Of a DNA stretch of 64,000 nt, positions 41,235 to 50,100 are shown piece after piece. Made by a program: the position numbers and the translations under genes. The stretch comes from an uncultured Lachnospiraceae bacterium (GTDB lineage Bacteria; Bacillota; Clostridia; Lachnospirales; Lachnospiraceae): positions 463 through 64,462 of the forward strand of contig CALWQT010000014.1 in NCBI GenBank assembly GCA_944383765.1, written 5' to 3'. Within the stretch, counting starts at the first letter, position 1. Each line of letters opens with the position of its first letter. The notes below the pieces were generated by a model that was given only the letters and a program-made list of their open reading frames with translations, made no database searches and was not told the DNA's origin.

Positions 41235-42098
41235 ATGGATAATATCAAGTTGATGATCAGGGAGCGTTATGGACAGATGAGTAAGGGTGAAAAAAGGCTT
41301 TCTGATTTTATCCTGGAGAATCCGGTCAGAATCCTGGGAATGACGGCGGCTGATATTGCAGAAGCCAGCGGGGTTTCCACCGCCTCTGTGATCCGTTATG
41401 TGAAAAAGCTGGGAGCAGAAGGACTGGACAGATTCAAACTGGAACTGGCATCTTCCATGGACCCTGATGAAGGGGGAGAGTGGAAAATGGCGGACCCGGT
41501 TCTGTCAAAAGAGGATAATCTGGAAAGTATTTGTGAAAAAATGCAGGCCAGAACAGAAAGTGCATTTAAAGATTTTTTTTATCAGCTGGACAGACAGGAA
41601 CTGGAAAGAGCTGTGAACATGGTGAAGAGTGCAAGAAAATTGTACCTGCTTGGAATCGGAAGTTCGTATACGGTGGCTTATGATCTGTTCCATAAACTGA
41701 GGAGAGCAGGGTTTGATGCCAACTGTTATCAGGATATCAATATGGTAACGGAATTTTTTAATTACATTGATGACAGAGATGTGGTGATAGCGGTTTCCTA
41801 CAGCGGACAGTCCAGCGAAGTGCTTTATGCCTGCAGACAGGCAAAAGAAAAACAGGCTCAGGTAATAGCCATAACCAGGAACAGGGACAGTGCCATAAAA
41901 GCAATGGCTGATATCTGCCTGCAGATTCCGGACAAGGAAGATGTGCGGCGGGTAGGAACATTCGAGTCCCTTCAGGCTTCTCTGATGATGGGGTGGCTTC
42001 TGTATTTGGGGGCAATCCAGGAAGACTTTGAACGAATAGAAGTGGAACTGGTCAAGACCAGAAAATTAGTGGAAGGTCTGAAAGAAAAAAATGATTGA
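41235..42098 (+). CDS. MurR/RpiR-family transcriptional regulator (HTH_6 + SIS)
   Basis: N-terminal HTH (LGMTAADIAEASGVSTASVIRYVKKLG), C-terminal SIS (LYLLGIGSSYTVA...). Confidence 0.85.
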   Translation: MDNIKLMIRERYGQMSKGEKRLSDFILENPVRILGMTAADIAEASGVSTASVIRYVKKLGAEGLDRFKLELASSMDPDEGGEWKMADPVLSKEDNLESICEKMQARTESAFKDFFYQLDRQELERAVNMVKSARKLYLLGIGSSYTVAYDLFHKLRRAGFDANCYQDINMVTEFFNYIDDRDVVIAVSYSGQSSEVLYACRQAKEKQAQVIAITRNRDSAIKAMADICLQIPDKEDVRRVGTFESLQASLMMGWLLYLGAIQEDFERIEVELVKTRKLVEGLKEKND

Positions 42099-42108
42099 GG
42101 TGTGAAAC

Positions 42109-43023
42109 ATGGTAAATATAGAAGGGTTGACCACAGAAACGGTCAACGAAGCCACAAAAAATATTGATCAGTTGGATTCACTGGGAATTGTGACACTGAT
42201 CAATCAGGAGGATAAAAAAGTGGCGGAAGCCATTGAGGAGGAACTGCCCAGTATTGCAAAGACAATCGATGCCGTGGCTGAAAGATTTAAAAGAGGAGGC
42301 CGTATCATTTACTGTGGAGCTGGATCATCTGGCAGAATGGGAACGTTAGATGCGGTAGAACTGACGCCTACCTACAGTGTCTCTCCGGAACAGGCTTTCG
42401 GGCTTTTGGCCGGAGGAGAAAGTGCCATGTACCGTGCCGTGGAAGGTGCTGAGGATTCCAGAGAACTGGCCGTGGAGGATCTGAAGGCAGTAGGACTTAC
42501 AGCAGATGACTGCGTGATCGGCATTGCGGCCAGCGGACGGACTCCCTATACACTGGCGGCTCTGGAATATGCCAATGAAATCGGAGCTTTGAGTGTATCG
42601 GTAACCTGCAACAAGGACAGCCAGATGGCAGCAAAAGCCCAGATTTCCATTGCTCCTGTAGTGGGGGCTGAGGTCATCAGCGGATCTACCAGAATGAAAG
42701 CGGGAACCGCCCAGAAAATGATCGTGAATATGATTTCAACGGGAGTGATGATCCGCCTGGGTAAGGTTTATCAGAATTATATGGTACATGTACAGCCTAC
42801 CAATGAAAAGCTGGTAGTGCGTTCCTGCCGTATGGTTTCCCAGATTACAGGTGTAGATATGGAAACCGCAGAAAAAGTGCTGAGAGAAGCCGATATGAAA
42901 GTGGCAAATGCGATTGTGATGATCCAGGGACACTGCAGCGCAGAACAGGCAGAGGAAGCTCTGGGTCATGCAGAGGGAAAAGTAAGAGAAGCAATTGCTA
43001 TGGTAGAGAAGAAAAATAGATAG
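42109..43023 (+). CDS. murQ: N-acetylmuramic acid 6-phosphate etherase
   Basis: 304 aa. TE..N..T..ID, GRIIYCGAGSSGRMG, GSTRMKAGTAQKMIVNMIST motifs characteristic of MurQ. Confidence 0.9.
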   Translation: MVNIEGLTTETVNEATKNIDQLDSLGIVTLINQEDKKVAEAIEEELPSIAKTIDAVAERFKRGGRIIYCGAGSSGRMGTLDAVELTPTYSVSPEQAFGLLAGGESAMYRAVEGAEDSRELAVEDLKAVGLTADDCVIGIAASGRTPYTLAALEYANEIGALSVSVTCNKDSQMAAKAQISIAPVVGAEVISGSTRMKAGTAQKMIVNMISTGVMIRLGKVYQNYMVHVQPTNEKLVVRSCRMVSQITGVDMETAEKVLREADMKVANAIVMIQGHCSAEQAEEALGHAEGKVREAIAMVEKKNR

Positions 43024-43056
43024 AATCCATAGGATATAGAGAAAAAAGATAAATGG

Positions 43057-43107
43057 TACCCTAATAGTAAAATACAGAAAAAGAAGCTGTATAAAACTAT
43101 TAGGGTA
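43057..43107 (+). terminator. long hairpin after murQ (12-bp outer stem, nested inner stem) + T-run
   Basis: TACCCTAATAGT...ACTATTAGGGTA with inner TACAG/CTGTA, followed by TTTTC. Confidence 0.5.
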
Positions 43108-43330
43108 TTTTCGTTACATTTAATGGTTATTTGTTTAGAAACTTATAATTATAAAAGAATTTTTCTAAAAGCCGTTGACCTTTCGATGCAGAAGGTTGAC
43201 GGTTATTTTATTTGGTATTTGTAGTTTTAGCTGTGATGATAATTAGGAAGGGGGACTGCATAATAGAGTAGAGAATGGTACAAAATTTATTGTAATATCT
43301 ATGAAAAAAGAATAAGGAGGAATTTGCATC

Positions 43331-44218
43331 ATGGAGAAAAAAGAAAATGAGAAAAGAGAGATTACAGAAGTTATGATTGATAAATATTGTCAGTGGCTAA
43401 GAGGAAATGAAAAGAGTGAAAGTACAATCAAGAAATATCGTAGAGATCTGATATTGCTAATGCAATACTTAAATGGAAAGGGTGTAGAGAAGAACGATAT
43501 TATAAATTGGAAAGGATTTCTGAGGGAACGATTGGCACCGGTGACAGTAAATAGTGTACTGGCGGCGGCTAACGGTTTTTTTTCTTACTATGGTTGGGAC
43601 GATTGCCGAATAAAATTTTTAAAAATTAGCCGTAATGTGTTTTATCCGGAACGTCGTGAGATCGGAAGGGAAGAGTATAAGAGACTGGTAAAAACAGCTT
43701 ATGCGAAAGGCGATGAGAAAACTGCGGTGATTCTTCAGACGATATGTGCGACTGGAATTCGGATTTCGGAAACAGTATATGTAACTGTGGAAGCAGTAAA
43801 AAAGGGAAAAGCAGAAGTAGAATGTAAAGGGAAGATAAGAACGGTATTTTTTACTGGGGAGCTAAGCCAATTATTAATGAATTACGCCAGAAGACATGGA
43901 ATCACTCAGGGAATGATTTTTATTACTCGAAATGGAAAACCTATGGATAGAAGTAATGTGTGGAGAAATATGAAACGTTTATGTGAAGAAGCAAAAGTAA
44001 CCTGGGAAAAAGTATTTCCTCATAATTTTCGACATTTATTTGCCCGGCTTTATTATGAACAGGATAGAAATTTAGTAAAGCTGGCAGATATTTTGGGGCA
44101 TAGCAACATCAATACTACCAGAATTTATACTATGGAAAGTAGTAAAAATTATCTAAAACAGCTGGAGAAATTAAATGTATTGTTTGAAAATTACAACAAA
44201 ATTCCTCTTTTGTTGTAA
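43331..44218 (+). CDS. tyrosine site-specific recombinase (XerC/D-phage integrase family)
   Basis: 295 aa. N-terminal SAM-like domain; catalytic ...TGIRISE... (Arg), HNFRHLFA (His-x-x-Arg), LGHSNINTTRIYT (His...Tyr). AT-rich relative to neighbours. Confidence 0.85.
   Translation: MEKKENEKREITEVMIDKYCQWLRGNEKSESTIKKYRRDLILLMQYLNGKGVEKNDIINWKGFLRERLAPVTVNSVLAAANGFFSYYGWDDCRIKFLKISRNVFYPERREIGREEYKRLVKTAYAKGDEKTAVILQTICATGIRISETVYVTVEAVKKGKAEVECKGKIRTVFFTGELSQLLMNYARRHGITQGMIFITRNGKPMDRSNVWRNMKRLCEEAKVTWEKVFPHNFRHLFARLYYEQDRNLVKLADILGHSNINTTRIYTMESSKNYLKQLEKLNVLFENYNKIPLLL
44191..44218. repeat. left recombination-site candidate, 11-6-11: TTACAACAAAA-TTCCTC-TTTTGTTGTAA
   Basis: Arms are exact reverse complements. 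Overlaps the last codons and stop of the recombinase gene. Confidence 0.7.
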
Positions 44219-44427
44219 ATAAATCATAGTAATCTCTTTTAGTTTACTACATATTTCTTAAAATGTCCAGAAAAGAACTTAATTTTGTCTTTTTTTGTCA
44301 TAAGAAATAGGCTAACAAACAATTTTGGAGGTTAGCCTGTTTTTCATATCCCCAATTATTTCCCGTGATAATTTTTTTGAGTTTTTTTATCTTTTGGAAT
44401 TACAAAAACAGTCCTTTTTTAAGGAGG
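44219..44427. promoter_or_regulatory. candidate invertible segment (209 bp) between inverted 28-bp sites
   Basis: Contains a + strand terminator (44309-44345) and a - strand TGGACA-17-TAAACT promoter-like element (44269-44241). 14/60 G+C in 44221-44280. Confidence 0.55.
44309..44345 (+). terminator. intrinsic terminator inside the invertible segment (functional only in the present orientation)
   Basis: AGGCTAAC-N14-GTTAGCCT followed by GTTTTTC. The reverse complement is followed by ATTTCTTATG, a poorer U-tract. Confidence 0.6.
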
Positions 44428-44455
44428 TTACAACAAAAGAGGAATTTTGTTGTAG
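44428..44455. repeat. right recombination-site candidate: TTACAACAAAA-GAGGAA-TTTTGTTGTAG
   Basis: 27/28 identical to the reverse complement of 44191-44218. Same arms, 6-bp core exactly inverted. Confidence 0.7.
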
Positions 44456-44586
44456 AGGAATAACATAGGAGGTGAAACCTTGCAAAATTTTCTGATTTAA
44501 AAGATTACAAAATAACTTAGAAGAAAATGACGATTTTTGAGACTGTTACGAAGAGAGGAGGTTAACGATAAGGAACAAATATATTA

Positions 44587-45363
44587 ATGGTACGGGTCAT
44601 TATTGAAAAAGTCCCCCTTTTTATCAGATATGTAATAACTATGGAAATAATGGCTTTATGGCTTTTAGTTGTGTTTGATGATGAACAAACATTTTGGGAA
44701 GAAGGACTTTCAGGGAACAGGATGTCTGTAGCAGAAACCATGTTGATGGAAGAAATGAAACCTGAGGAATGGATTGGAGCGATTTCCGTAGCAGCATATT
44801 GTGAGTGTGAAAAATGCATAAAAAAAGGGAGTTTTGCTAGTGGAATAGAAAATAAACTGAAACCTGGACGGAGTGTGGCGGCTGATCTGAGCATATTTCA
44901 TATAGGCGATTTACTCAGGATAGGGTCTGAAATTTATCGTGTAGAAGAGGGGATTCAACCGGGAGGAAGCGAAAAAGTAAAGATATATTTTGATAATCAT
45001 GAAAGAGTAGTTAAATTTGGAAGAAAAACATTTCAAGTATTTAAAGTTCGCCCGAAGAAACGGCAAGAGGAGTTTTTAGGAGTTTTTCAGATTACGGGAT
45101 ATTGTGGTTGTGAAAAGTGTTGTGGGAAATGGTCGGATGGGTTTCTGACAAAATCTGGAACGAGGCCTCAAGCAAAGCATACCATAGCAACAGATCCTAA
45201 AATATTGCCGTTGGGGAGTGAGGTGAAAATTGATGGTATTGTGTATACGGCGGAAGATACTGGAAAAAAGGTAAAAGATAATACGATTGATATTTATTTT
45301 GAAACTCATGAGCAAGCTTTGAATTTTGGGAGACAGGAGAAAGAAGTATATCTGATTAAGTGA
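44587..45363 (+). CDS. tandem 3D-domain protein (RlpA/MltA-like double-psi beta-barrel; peptidoglycan-acting)
   Basis: Two copies of [AG]YC-x-CEKC ... G ... A[AT]D ... G ... Y..E[ED] ... IDIYF/VKIYF..H......FGR. Start uncertain (ATG 44587, 44641 or 44650). Confidence 0.65.
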   Translation: MVRVIIEKVPLFIRYVITMEIMALWLLVVFDDEQTFWEEGLSGNRMSVAETMLMEEMKPEEWIGAISVAAYCECEKCIKKGSFASGIENKLKPGRSVAADLSIFHIGDLLRIGSEIYRVEEGIQPGGSEKVKIYFDNHERVVKFGRKTFQVFKVRPKKRQEEFLGVFQITGYCGCEKCCGKWSDGFLTKSGTRPQAKHTIATDPKILPLGSEVKIDGIVYTAEDTGKKVKDNTIDIYFETHEQALNFGRQEKEVYLIK

Positions 45364-45395
45364 TGAAAAATACAGTAGGTAATAGGAGAGAGATT

Positions 45396-47093
45396 ATGAA
45401 AAGGAAAACAACTGCGTTAGCGGCGTTTATGGTTGCTACTGGAGTTGCAACAGGAGCTTTTGGAGGAACAGCACAGGCAGCGGGATGGGAAATGTCAGGT
45501 GATGAATGGATGTGGACAAGCGAAACTGGTCAGGCTGTAACGGAAGAGTGGAGGAAAAGCGGTGATGACTGGTATTACTTGGATCAAACAGGAAAAATGG
45601 CTAAGGATAAAGTGGTTCCGGCAGAATATGGAGGGTATTTCTACTATGTGGACCAGGAGGGGAAAATGGTCCATGATACATGGATTATGATCAACTCGGA
45701 AACTGCAGGCACAGAACAGCTGGAAGAAGGCTGGTATTACTTTGGGGCAGATGGAAAAAATTATTGCAGAAAAGGAAATAACTTTAAAAAGAAAATTGAT
45801 GGTAGCTACTACATTTTAGATGAGAATGGCCGTATGTTAACAGGCTGGATTGATTCTGATGGAAATGAAGTTGATGATACGGATCCGTTTGTTTCCGGAG
45901 TTTACTATGCTGGTGAAGATGGCAGATTGCTGATGGAAAGCTGGTTGAATTATTACAATACATCTTATGGATTTCAGGGATCAGACTTAGAAAGCAAAGC
46001 TGCTGGGCGTACATACTCTGAGTATGAAGAAATGTGGTTCTATTTTGATAAAAATGGGAAAAAACTAAGAGGTACGGAAGAAAAACTGAAAGAGGAAGAA
46101 ATTGGGGAGAATGAATATGGATTTGATGAAAATGGCGTCATGCTGTTGTGGTGGAGTGCAGTAGATAAAGAACCCCAGGAAGAAAACCGGCCGGTAAGAA
46201 GTGAAAGTGATTCCAGATTTTTTTCAGGCTATGATGGCGGGATCTTGTTGAAAAATAAGTGGGTTTGGATGTATCCAGCTGAGAATCTGGACGCTGAAGA
46301 ATATCAGGATGGGGAGTACAGCTGGTGGAGAACGGATGAAAAGGGAAAGGTATATCGGGACACAATTCAGGAAATTGATGGAAAACAATATGCATTTGAT
46401 GGGATAGGAAGAATGCAAACAGGATTTGTTTTATTCCAGGGTCATAGTCATTTTGTGGCTCAGTATGATGTGGACAGCTGGACTTCGGATGATTTTATCA
46501 ATGGTGAGTTATATGGAATTGATAAGGCGGATTTGTATTTGTTTTCTTCGAATGAGTTAAATGACGGCTCGCTCCAGACGGGTTCTAACCTTCAGGTTGA
46601 ATTGGCGGATGGAGTTTACACATTTGGTTTCTCTGAAGTGACGGGAAAAGCGTATGGAAGTAAGAATCGTATGCAAAGGAAAAATGATAGCTGGTATATC
46701 AATGGATTAAGATTAGAGGCGGAAGACTCTTTCAAATATGGAGTAGTAGGAGTGAAAACAGATATTCCGGATAATGTTGATCCGCAGACGGTGGAACCGG
46801 AATATTATCAGGTAGTGGACAGTAATGGGAAGATTGTAAAAGGAAATGAGAAGGCGGTGAAAGATGGAGATGAACGTTATCTTTTGCTGATCAATAATAA
46901 ATTTGCTGGCTGTGCTGATAATGACGGCAGAAAAGTAGTGTGGAAAAATCTGAATGGAGCAGAGGGCTTTTATTACTATGATAAAGATAAAACGGAAGGA
47001 AGCCAGTATGAGGTTATTTTGCTGAAAGAGGATTTTGATATGACGAATCCGGATTTGGAAATGCTGACAATAGAAGAAAAGTTAAATTTTTAA
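45396..47093 (+). CDS. secreted cell-wall-binding-repeat protein
   Basis: Signal peptide MKRKTTALAAFMVATGVATGAFGGTAQA, then many GW/Y-Y-F repeats (GDDWYYLDQTGKM, GWYYFGADGK, ...). ATG 45396 after GGAGAG. Confidence 0.8.
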   Translation: MKRKTTALAAFMVATGVATGAFGGTAQAAGWEMSGDEWMWTSETGQAVTEEWRKSGDDWYYLDQTGKMAKDKVVPAEYGGYFYYVDQEGKMVHDTWIMINSETAGTEQLEEGWYYFGADGKNYCRKGNNFKKKIDGSYYILDENGRMLTGWIDSDGNEVDDTDPFVSGVYYAGEDGRLLMESWLNYYNTSYGFQGSDLESKAAGRTYSEYEEMWFYFDKNGKKLRGTEEKLKEEEIGENEYGFDENGVMLLWWSAVDKEPQEENRPVRSESDSRFFSGYDGGILLKNKWVWMYPAENLDAEEYQDGEYSWWRTDEKGKVYRDTIQEIDGKQYAFDGIGRMQTGFVLFQGHSHFVAQYDVDSWTSDDFINGELYGIDKADLYLFSSNELNDGSLQTGSNLQVELADGVYTFGFSEVTGKAYGSKNRMQRKNDSWYINGLRLEAEDSFKYGVVGVKTDIPDNVDPQTVEPEYYQVVDSNGKIVKGNEKAVKDGDERYLLLINNKFAGCADNDGRKVVWKNLNGAEGFYYYDKDKTEGSQYEVILLKEDFDMTNPDLEMLTIEEKLNF

Positions 47094-47197
47094 TAGAGTA
47101 GGAAAGCCATCTGTGGGCATAATCATGGTCACGGATGAAATCTCGCTTGGAAGTATAAAATGCATTTGAATTACAAATTTGAAAAAGGAGAACTAAT

Positions 47198-50100
47198 ATG
47201 ACAAAAAAGAACTGGAAACTGAGGTTAAAGCGCCAGTTGGCAGGACTTTTAAGCATATGTGTGATAGCCGCATCGTCCCTGCCTGCAAACATGACTGTCT
47301 GGGCAGCCCCCTCAGAGACAGAACTGGAGAATGAAGACCTAGATCGTATGGGATCTTGCGATTCAACTTCGTATTATTTTAAAGCACCTACTAGTGGCGG
47401 TACAGGACAGTCGGGAAATGGACATTTGATTGATTTCAGAGGTCATCGTACACCGAGCAGAGGGTACAATACGTCTGACAGTACTACCATGAAAACTACA
47501 TATGCTAATTATGGATATGGAACTTATATTAATACTAGTCCGACAGGTGGTTCTGCGTCTAAACGAGTAACAATTGCTACCAATGGAGGAGTATCGACCA
47601 TGTATGGCGGCGATCTGGAAGTGAAAATGAAAGTTTCTTCCAGTGCAGATGATAAATATGTGCTGTTTGACTATTGGCTATACAATGCTACCGCAGAAAG
47701 CAAGACGTATTATCTGGGAAGTGGCACAGATGTTATGATCGGGAATGATGATACCGCTACGTGTATCTTGAATGAGAGGGGCATTCATATGGTTAATGGT
47801 AGGCAAGGTACCGCTGATTATTTTGCTGCCTTTGACGCCATCCTCTGTGATGATGAAGAATTGGGGACTACTGCCGTGGATACAAAATGGGTAGGAAGGT
47901 ATACTGAATTTTTGACTAATATTTATAGGAATTCTTCATCAAATAAAGTGGAGAATATTGACTCTGGGATAGCATTTTCCTGGACAATACCTATGAGGCC
48001 ATATGAAACCGTGCATAAAAGGGTAGCGTTTTCTGTACGTCTGTCATCTTACTATGTGCATCCAACAGCAGGAAGTGACTCGGCAGAAGGTAGTTACAGC
48101 GCTCCGCTAAAAACCATTGGGGCGGCAATGGATAAGATAGGCGGGAAAAAAGGATATATCTTTATTATGGATGATTATTCCATCAGTGCTTCTGAGATTG
48201 ATACGATACAGAGCAAATGGCGGAATAATATGGATATTACGATCCTGAGTACGGATTTTACCATGGATGAGGAAGTTTCAGATGAAATCATGACAATCCG
48301 TGCAGCAGATGCTCAGGCAAGACAGAAAAGTTTATTCACAGTTACTGCAAATCGGTCGCTTCAGTTTAATGATATTAAATTAAGCGGTGAGAATTTTGCA
48401 GGAAGTGACAATGAACCGTTGCTGTCAAATCAAGGGGGAACGTTAGGAATTGGAAGCGGCACGGAGATTACCGGTTGTCTGTCAGATCGTGAAGATGTGT
48501 TGGGAAGTGTCATTGAAGTAGAGAGTGGAAATCTGTCGATGAATGACTGCAAAATCCAGAATAATTCTGCAAATGGAGAAAAGCGGGGAGCAGTTTACTT
48601 TAATGGAACACAATTTACCGTATCCAATAATATACAGATAACAGGTAATACGCCGGGGAATGTGGTCCTCGGGAATGGAAAAGTCATGGAAGTCACAGGT
48701 GATTTGGGAGAAGGAGAGATTGGCGTGACAGCCATGCAGGATCCTGCTTCCAGTGATGGCAACATTACTTCAAGTGACCAGGAAGTTGTAGTTGCAAAAG
48801 CTTCTGGTTCTTATGGGGAAACTCTGATGGGAGTGCCTTTTGCCGACAATTTTAAGTCGGACAGAGATGCAGAAGGAATCACAATCGGAGTAGGAACATA
48901 TGGGGCCAATCGTGATAACAGTGTAGTATTGTGGCGGAGTCAGAGAAAACTTTCTGTTAATTATGAATTGGTCGGAGGAGGAACTGTAGGAGGTGCTCCG
49001 GAAGAATCTGAAATAGGTTTAGGCGCTGGAGAAAGCGTATCTTATGAGATTCAACCAGTATCAGGATATAGATTGAGTAGCTATGTCATGGAACCAGACT
49101 CTGATCAGATTCGTGTAGACTTGGATGGCATGAGAATTACTGGTTCCATGCCAGATTCAGATGTCCGGATTACGCTACAATGGGAACTCATTCAAGGTTC
49201 CATTTCATTTGAGACGTATGGAGGAGTTCCCCAGCCAGATGCTCTGACAGGTAATGTGGGAGGTCCAGTAGGCGGGTTAATGCCGACTGGAATTCAGAAA
49301 GACGGATATATTTTTAAGGGCTGGAGCCTTACACCAGAACAGGATGGAGAGTTGGTAGATAGTGGAGATTTTCCAACAAATTTCCCACTTATGCCTGTTG
49401 TGTATTATGCGCAGTATGAAATGGATCCAAGTGTAGCATTTGATTATACGGTGAAGTATACCAACGCAAGTGAGGACATTACATTTAATACAATAACTAC
49501 AGGAAATCATCCGGTGGAATCGGAGATTTCCGCACAGAAGAGAGAAATCCCCGGATATACTTTTACAGATGATGATGGTTATACGGTGCCGGCAACTTAT
49601 CAGTATATTTTTGCAAGCGGCACTAATGTAGGAGCATTTGAAGATGGCAGATTTACAGGGAAAATGCCGGGGCAGAATGCCACAGTAGTCTTCCCATACC
49701 GGGTAGACCAAGATGTGACCCAGACATTTACAGTGAAGTACCAGACAGACCGTGGGGATGGACAGGTACCTACAGAGGTCGCATCTCCTGTGAGTGGCCA
49801 GTACTGTGCGGAAGCGATCATCACAGCATCCCCAGTGACGGTTGACGGATATGTGCTGACAGGCTGGGAGATCACCAAGGGAAATGAAGCAGGTACCGAT
49901 GATTCCAATCTGGTCAGCCAGGTACAGGGCAGTTTTGATTCTGCCGGAAATTTCCAGGGTTCTATGCCAAACCAGGAAGTGGAGATCACATATCTTTATG
50001 AGGCAACGGACCAGGGATATAGCTTCCAGACCAGATATCTGGATGATGACAGCCGGGATGTGATGCTCCAGGATATCGTGGCTCCGATCACCCATGTGGT

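Noticed and set aside
43057-43107. 12-bp inverted repeat TACCCTAATAGT/ACTATTAGGGTA considered as an element end or att site
   Set aside because: The arms are only 27 nt apart, nested with a second stem and followed by a T-run right after murQ. It is best explained as a terminator.
44421-44500. Strong RBS-like AAGGAGG (44421-44427) and AGGAGGTGA (44468-44476) suggesting small ORFs across the right recombination site
   Set aside because: No start codon lies at usable spacing after the first. The second precedes only a 6-codon TTG ORF (MQNFLI). Kept in mind as possible leader elements but not called.
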